Made by a program: the position numbers and the translations under genes. From a virus (Duplodnaviria; Caudoviricetes), in the IMG/VR virus record IMGVR_UViG_3300020037_002148, positions 14,988-78,987 of that record: a stretch of 64,000 nucleotides of DNA. The stretch is one strand, 5' to 3'. This document shows positions 59,541-64,000 of the stretch, piece by piece. The notes under the pieces were generated by a model. The model was not told the origin of the DNA and made no database searches. It saw only the letters and a list, made by a program, of their open reading frames with translations. The first letter of the stretch is position 1, and each line of letters begins with the position of its first letter.

Positions 59541-60086
59541 TTAACTTTCATTTAAATAATTTATAATAGTTGTATTTTCTTTTAATATTTTTGCTAATTT
59601 TAATTGTTGTTGTCTCCCTAGAATAAAAATAGTGATATATCTATTTGTAAATTTCACATCTCCACTTTTATCCCACTTTAAATATACACCATAACCTTGA
59701 CTATGGTAATTTTTATGGAAGAACACTTTTTTATTATCAGGATTAGCTTTATTATATTCTTTATATTGTCTTGTAAGTCCCCAATCTATATTTCTTCTTT
59801 TAGTTTTAATATCTGAATTTTTACATTTACGAAATACTAAGTGTCCAAATTTATGAGGCATTTTATAATTATACCCCCAAATAAGATATTCAAATAGAAG
59901 TACATCAAAAAATACTTTTACTATCTCAATATACTCTGATCCTGTAATACTGAATTTATGATTATCAACTATTTCCTGTTTAGGAATATAATGTATTCCT
60001 CCACTGCTTTCTGTACTTTTTTTCTTATATGGATAGGATTTAAAAAAATCTCTAAGGGTTGTTTTTTGTTTTGGGTTATTCATCAT
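59541..60086 (-). CDS. crAss-like IHF/HU-related protein of the tail module
   Basis: YKMPHKFGHLVFRK, IDWGLT, HSQGY..YLKW. Confidence 0.5.
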   Translation of the reverse strand: MMNNPKQKTTLRDFFKSYPYKKKSTESSGGIHYIPKQEIVDNHKFSITGSEYIEIVKVFFDVLLFEYLIWGYNYKMPHKFGHLVFRKCKNSDIKTKRRNIDWGLTRQYKEYNKANPDNKKVFFHKNYHSQGYGVYLKWDKSGDVKFTNRYITIFILGRQQQLKLAKILKENTTIINYLNES

Positions 60087-60760
60087 TATACAGATGGATT
60101 TGCATTATTAGTATCATCTTCTCTTATTTGAAGTGGTATTTTAAGCATATCTAAAGATAATTGATACATTGGATAACTAAGACTTCCTTTGATAGGGAAA
60201 TCAGTGGTATTTAAATCATAGCATTGTGTAGTGTTTCCTTCTTCATCACAAAAACTAATTTTAGCTAATTCTAAAGGATCTTCAAATATTCCTTCAATTA
60301 ATATTCCTTTTAATTGGAGAGTATTGAATACTACTAAATAACTATTTGTTATTCCATATTTAATTCCTTTTTTCTTTGTTTTAGTATATTTCAGATTTTT
60401 TAAATCAGTGGATAATACAAAAGGTATTTGAGAACTTCCATCAAAAGTTAGAATTCTTAAAAGTTCTTTATTTCTTCCTGTAAGAACTTTTGGTAACTTA
60501 TATTTAGACTTTAACACTTTACACTTTACTTCAAATGGCAAACACTCACAATCATTGTAAGTGTCTATAATTAGAGGCATACATATAGTTTGCTTATGAA
60601 ATTCAGAATTTTTAGTGAATTTTTTATTTTCTCTTTCTAAAAGAGTATTCCTGCTATCTCTTAAAAGAGAATACAGGAATTCATCACTATAAATAGTATC
60701 ATCACTATGTTGTTTAATAAATGTTCTTAGCTTATATATATGTTCAGGAATTGTTGGCAT
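60086..60760 (-). CDS. tail ring/adaptor protein
   Basis: HSDD..YSD, KSKYKLP, GIFEDP, FPI pattern of crAss-like ring proteins as recalled. Confidence 0.55.
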   Translation of the reverse strand: MPTIPEHIYKLRTFIKQHSDDTIYSDEFLYSLLRDSRNTLLERENKKFTKNSEFHKQTICMPLIIDTYNDCECLPFEVKCKVLKSKYKLPKVLTGRNKELLRILTFDGSSQIPFVLSTDLKNLKYTKTKKKGIKYGITNSYLVVFNTLQLKGILIEGIFEDPLELAKISFCDEEGNTTQCYDLNTTDFPIKGSLSYPMYQLSLDMLKIPLQIREDDTNNANPSV

Positions 60761-61490
60761 AATAGTCTTTTAATATTGGTTTTAAATCTTCAACTTCAAA
60801 TAGTTGATAATTTTTATTTGTCACTCCATCTTTAGATAACCAAATGATTATTCTTTTAGATATATCAAATCCTTTTTCTTCCATACACATATCATATAAA
60901 TTCAATTGTATTTTGTAAAGATTTAAAGGAGTTTGAAGATAGTGTTCAAATGGTTTTAAAAGTTTTTGTTTTTTAAAGTTTTTATGTAAATCTGCATTTG
61001 ATTTAAAATCTAAAAGAATAAAATCTTCAGTATCTAAATCAAACATTAATAAATCTGCTGTTCCAGCATAATTATATTCTTTATTATATAATATGATTTC
61101 CTGAGCTATCATTATATAATTAGGATGATCTTGATAAAATTCTATAACTCCTCTTTCAGCATCACATGAAGGTTGCAGAGAATTATCAATATAATAATCC
61201 TCTGCAAATTTATGTATTCTGGTTCCTCTTTCAGCACTTATCCTACCTTTCTCTTTCCACTCAAAGAGTATCTCTTCTTCAGTTACACCTTTTGCTCTTG
61301 CAGACCATTTAGCTATTGATAAGTCAAAAGGAGTTTCAAATGCTTTATATTTCTTTGAAACTGAAGTTAGAAATTTAGTTGTTGGTTTATGTAAATAAGT
61401 GTGACCATATTCAATAAATTCTATATCCTGAAATGCAGTTTTAATATCATTTTTTATATTTTGTAATAATTCTTCTTTATCGTTTATCAT
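60744..61490 (-). CDS. PD-(D/E)XK exonuclease (Cas4/RecB-like)
   Basis: SVS, GTRIH, AGTADLL, LLDFKS, QLNLY. Confidence 0.8.
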   Translation of the reverse strand: MINDKEELLQNIKNDIKTAFQDIEFIEYGHTYLHKPTTKFLTSVSKKYKAFETPFDLSIAKWSARAKGVTEEEILFEWKEKGRISAERGTRIHKFAEDYYIDNSLQPSCDAERGVIEFYQDHPNYIMIAQEIILYNKEYNYAGTADLLMFDLDTEDFILLDFKSNADLHKNFKKQKLLKPFEHYLQTPLNLYKIQLNLYDMCMEEKGFDISKRIIIWLSKDGVTNKNYQLFEVEDLKPILKDYYANNS

Positions 61491-62412
61491 TTAAATATTT
61501 TAAATAGGTTGAATTATTGATTTTGTATTTTATTTCATCTTTTCCACATTGCATAATATGTTGAATAGTTCCTGCTGGTGTAACTGTAGTTTTATAAAGT
61601 GAAACATCACTAGAACCGCAAGTAGGACAACAATATTTTTGAGTGTTATTTAATACTCCAACATGCATTACTGTTTTAATATATTTTCTAAAATATAAAT
61701 ATATCTGCTCAGTTGTTAAAACATCCTGGTCATTATACTTAACCATTTCTTTAAGAGCTTTTTCAGATTTTTCTTTATTTCCATATTGAATATCTTCCCA
61801 CATAGAAGCTCCTGCATGATTATATTTTCCTTCAAAACCTAAATACTTAGAAATATAAGCCATTGAATAAGAAGGTAATCTAAATAATCTCTTAGCTTCT
61901 CTTTGTAAATCTAAAGATCTCACATGAGTGTTAATGTCAAGATTATATTTTAAAGCTCTTACATTTATTAATCTATTATCAAAATTATCATTATTAATAC
62001 CAATTACAAAATCAGCTTCATTATAAATTTTTGAAAATTGTTTAATAAGTTCTTTATCACATTTCTTTTTATTATCCCAGATTAAACATTCTATTTTTTC
62101 ACTTCCTAACCATTTATAAGATATTGAAATTATTTTAGTTTCACTTCTAAGTGAAGTATGAGAAACAAATTGTTTACCAGTCCACCAAACATCAGCTAAA
62201 AGTTTTGTAGTTTCAATATCATAAATTAATATTTTATTTTCAACTTTGATTTTATTTTCAAGGGCTTCATTAACCCATTTTGAAATTTTCTTTCTTTCAT
62301 TTTCTGTATAAGGTATTCCATCTACTTCACACATTAATTTTGCAATGTCTATTATTCTTTTACCTGATTTATAGAGTATAAGGCAATTCTCTAAGTTTTC
62401 TTTCTTATTCAT
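61477..62412 (-). CDS. RNase H-fold 3'-5' exonuclease with C-terminal Zn finger
   Basis: YDIET, GINNDNFD, YNDQDV, CPTCGS. Confidence 0.8.
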   Translation of the reverse strand: MNKKENLENCLILYKSGKRIIDIAKLMCEVDGIPYTENERKKISKWVNEALENKIKVENKILIYDIETTKLLADVWWTGKQFVSHTSLRSETKIISISYKWLGSEKIECLIWDNKKKCDKELIKQFSKIYNEADFVIGINNDNFDNRLINVRALKYNLDINTHVRSLDLQREAKRLFRLPSYSMAYISKYLGFEGKYNHAGASMWEDIQYGNKEKSEKALKEMVKYNDQDVLTTEQIYLYFRKYIKTVMHVGVLNNTQKYCCPTCGSSDVSLYKTTVTPAGTIQHIMQCGKDEIKYKINNSTYLKYLNDKR

Positions 62413-62483
62413 ATTTTAATTTTGTAGTGTAAAATTACAACATTTTATTAAAATACTTTAAGTTTTAATGTTTTTCATTAATT

Positions 62484-62518
62484 AAAAATAAAAAGGCAGG
62501 TAAATAAATTACCTACCT
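62484..62518 (-). terminator. intrinsic terminator after the endolysin
   Basis: Minus strand AGGTAGGTAA-TTTAT-TTACCTGCCT followed by TTTTATTTTT. Confidence 0.65.
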
Positions 62519-62548
62519 CAAAACAAAACAATAATAAGAAAAAAAATA

Positions 62549-63049
62549 TTATAAATTCACATAGGTTGTACCTGCTATGAAGTCTTTTTTATTATATTTG
62601 GCTAAAAGTTGTTGCCAAGTATATCCAAATCTTTTTTCTACATGAGGGTTATCTTTGAATGTTTTCCATTCAGCACCTGCACTCCAACCATATTTCTTAA
62701 ATACTTCTATTACTTCAAACCAATCAGCTTTTTTATCTTTATCTAAATCATTAGTTAAACTCCAAGATATTTCTTTATTATCAATTAATAAACAAAAATC
62801 TAAACATATACCATAATTGTGAAATGAACTTCCACCTTTAGCATTAGTTACTTTTGGACCTGGTTTAGTTCTTCCTTGAGCATATAAAGCATTTTGTTCA
62901 TCAATAGTTCTTAAACCTTGAACAACTCTAATTTCTACATTATCAGCTAATAATGCATTAGCTTCTTTAATTATCTTTTTTACTTCTTCTCTAACTTTAG
63001 GATGAAGTTTTTGAATTCTTTCTTGTGTTATTTTATCTTCTTTTATCAT
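62549..63049 (-). CDS. endolysin, M15 family (L-Ala-D-Glu) peptidase
   Basis: GLRTIDEQNALYAQGR, SFHNYG..LDF, DNPHVE; ATG 63049 preferred because it sits just after the HEG stop. Confidence 0.88.
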   Translation of the reverse strand: MIKEDKITQERIQKLHPKVREEVKKIIKEANALLADNVEIRVVQGLRTIDEQNALYAQGRTKPGPKVTNAKGGSSFHNYGICLDFCLLIDNKEISWSLTNDLDKDKKADWFEVIEVFKKYGWSAGAEWKTFKDNPHVEKRFGYTWQQLLAKYNKKDFIAGTTYVNL

Positions 63050-63050
63050 T

Positions 63051-63671
63051 TTATTTATATTTCCATTTAAAACCTCCACAGGTTTTTCTTTTATTTTTAC
63101 AAACATCACAAATATGTTTATAAGATATATTTAATTCATTATAAACTTCTCTTGCAGAGATCCATTCTTTAATAAAATTACTTTCTAAATCTAATTGAAT
63201 AACTGGTTTACATCTTGGATTTGAATTCATTGATATTTTATACCAATATGCTTTTTCTCCTTTTTGTGATTCAGATATTTTCTTTTTAGTTTCTTCACTT
63301 CTATGCTTTCCTTTTAAATATCCTATTTTTCCTTTATTAGAATTTCCAATTTTATCTTTAGTTTCTTGTGAATGTTTACCTTTTGAACCAGGATTTTTTA
63401 TATTTAATAGTTTAAAATTTAAATTTTTATATTTTTTCCAATAATAAATTTCTTTTTTGTCAAGTAATTCTTGAGTAGCTATTGAATAATCTAAAATATC
63501 TATTACTTCAAATTTATGATTTAACCAACCGTATTTTAATAAAGAATTATATAATTTAATTTGAGTTTTACAAGATAAATATTTATACTTCTTAAATCTA
63601 TTTTCTATATTCCATGATTGTCCAATATATATTTTGCTAAAAGGAGAAGTTATTTTATAAATTCCTATCAT
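63051..63671 (-). CDS. free-standing GIY-YIG homing endonuclease with NUMOD3/NUMOD1 repeats
   Basis: GIYKITSP..KIYIGQS; HSQETKDKI and RSEETKKKIS; KPVIQLD...EW.SA...I..VC..K..T.GGFKW. Confidence 0.9.
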   Translation of the reverse strand: MIGIYKITSPFSKIYIGQSWNIENRFKKYKYLSCKTQIKLYNSLLKYGWLNHKFEVIDILDYSIATQELLDKKEIYYWKKYKNLNFKLLNIKNPGSKGKHSQETKDKIGNSNKGKIGYLKGKHRSEETKKKISESQKGEKAYWYKISMNSNPRCKPVIQLDLESNFIKEWISAREVYNELNISYKHICDVCKNKRKTCGGFKWKYK

Positions 63672-63721
63672 ATAATATTTTTAGATTTACAATTATGTCC
63701 TGCTGATATATATATACTCAT
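63668..63721 (-). pseudogene. 17-codon remnant of an Amidase_3 N-terminus
   Basis: MSIYISAGHNCKSKNII-stop, overlapping the HEG start by ATGA. Confidence 0.5.
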
Positions 63722-63722
63722 T

Positions 63723-63998
63723 TTAAACTGTTTTTAATTTATGCAATGTTTTTTTCATTGCTGTTTTTTCTACATTACCAATAGCAGAAATAATTTTTCC
63801 ATTATGTTTATTAATAATTGCTCTATATTTTACAGGAACTTCTTCATTTGTTATTTGATTTATTATTGTATAATAACTAGCTATTTCTGTACCTGTTTCA
63901 ATTACATTTACCCATTCTTCTTTAATTCTTTCTTTATCTTCTTCAATTATATAATTTAACCAACCAAGTCCTAAAAGTTGTTCTTGAGATACTCCATA
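63723..63998 (-). CDS. PAS-domain protein, C-terminal part (start lies outside the window)
   Basis: YGVSQEQLLGLGWLNYIIEEDKERIKEEW...YTII...VKYRA; open from the window edge to TAA at 63723. Confidence 0.65.
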   Translation of the reverse strand, partial: YGVSQEQLLGLGWLNYIIEEDKERIKEEWVNVIETGTEIASYYTIINQITNEEVPVKYRAIINKHNGKIISAIGNVEKTAMKKTLHKLKTV

Positions 63999-64000
63999 TA

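Noticed and set aside
62417-62424. TAATTTTG match to the Bacteroidota -7 promoter box
   Set aside because: It is on the strand opposite the local genes, and single matches are expected by chance at this AT content.
1242-63959. Short opposite-strand ORFs in the track (e.g. 1242-1457, 7835-8053, 13574-13849, 19264-19449, 29727-29918, 35655-35873, 40053-40577, 50892-51155, 63741-63959)
   Set aside because: They are antisense or out-of-frame shadows of long genes with clear motifs and have no recognisable features of their own.
1-64000. Stop-codon reassignment as in some crAss-like phages
   Set aside because: Genes up to 14 kb are open in code 11, and TGA and TAG both end genes at sensible boundaries (e.g. 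TAG at 20801).
1-64000. CRISPR array, integrase, DNA polymerase, terminase, portal or major capsid genes
   Set aside because: No repeat-spacer periodicity or diagnostic motifs were seen; the core phage genes probably lie outside the window.

Overview
This is a 64 kb, very AT-rich segment of a crAss-like (Crassvirales-related) podophage, most likely infecting a Bacteroidota host (A-rich starts without Shine-Dalgarno, a T9SS-type cargo gene). It uses the standard genetic code and has two convergent arms that meet at a hairpin at about 25.4 kb. The + arm (1-25.4 kb) holds replication, nucleotide-metabolism and accessory genes: SF2 helicase, Tad1-like sponge, DnaB-like helicase split by a group I intron with a LAGLIDADG endonuclease, a rearranged Sak4-like ATPase, SSB-like protein, DnaG primase, class II RNR with an HNH intein, RNA ligase, DNA ligase, MoxR/vWA pair, a nucleotidyltransferase and an array of small ORFs. 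The - arm (25.5-64 kb) holds virion genes: giant ejection proteins including a 4791-aa virion RNA polymerase (DFDID), cargo proteins, muzzle/stabilisation and ring proteins, nucleases, an M15 endolysin, two GIY-YIG endonucleases and a partial PAS-domain gene. The most notable observations are a candidate -1 ribosomal frameshift appending a lysozyme domain to a cargo protein, a phage-encoded T9SS substrate, six small ORFs sharing a C-terminal tag, a Tad1-like anti-defence protein, a segment-swapped P-loop ATPase and a SLOG domain inside the virion RNAP. All family assignments come from motif recognition by eye; no searches were run.
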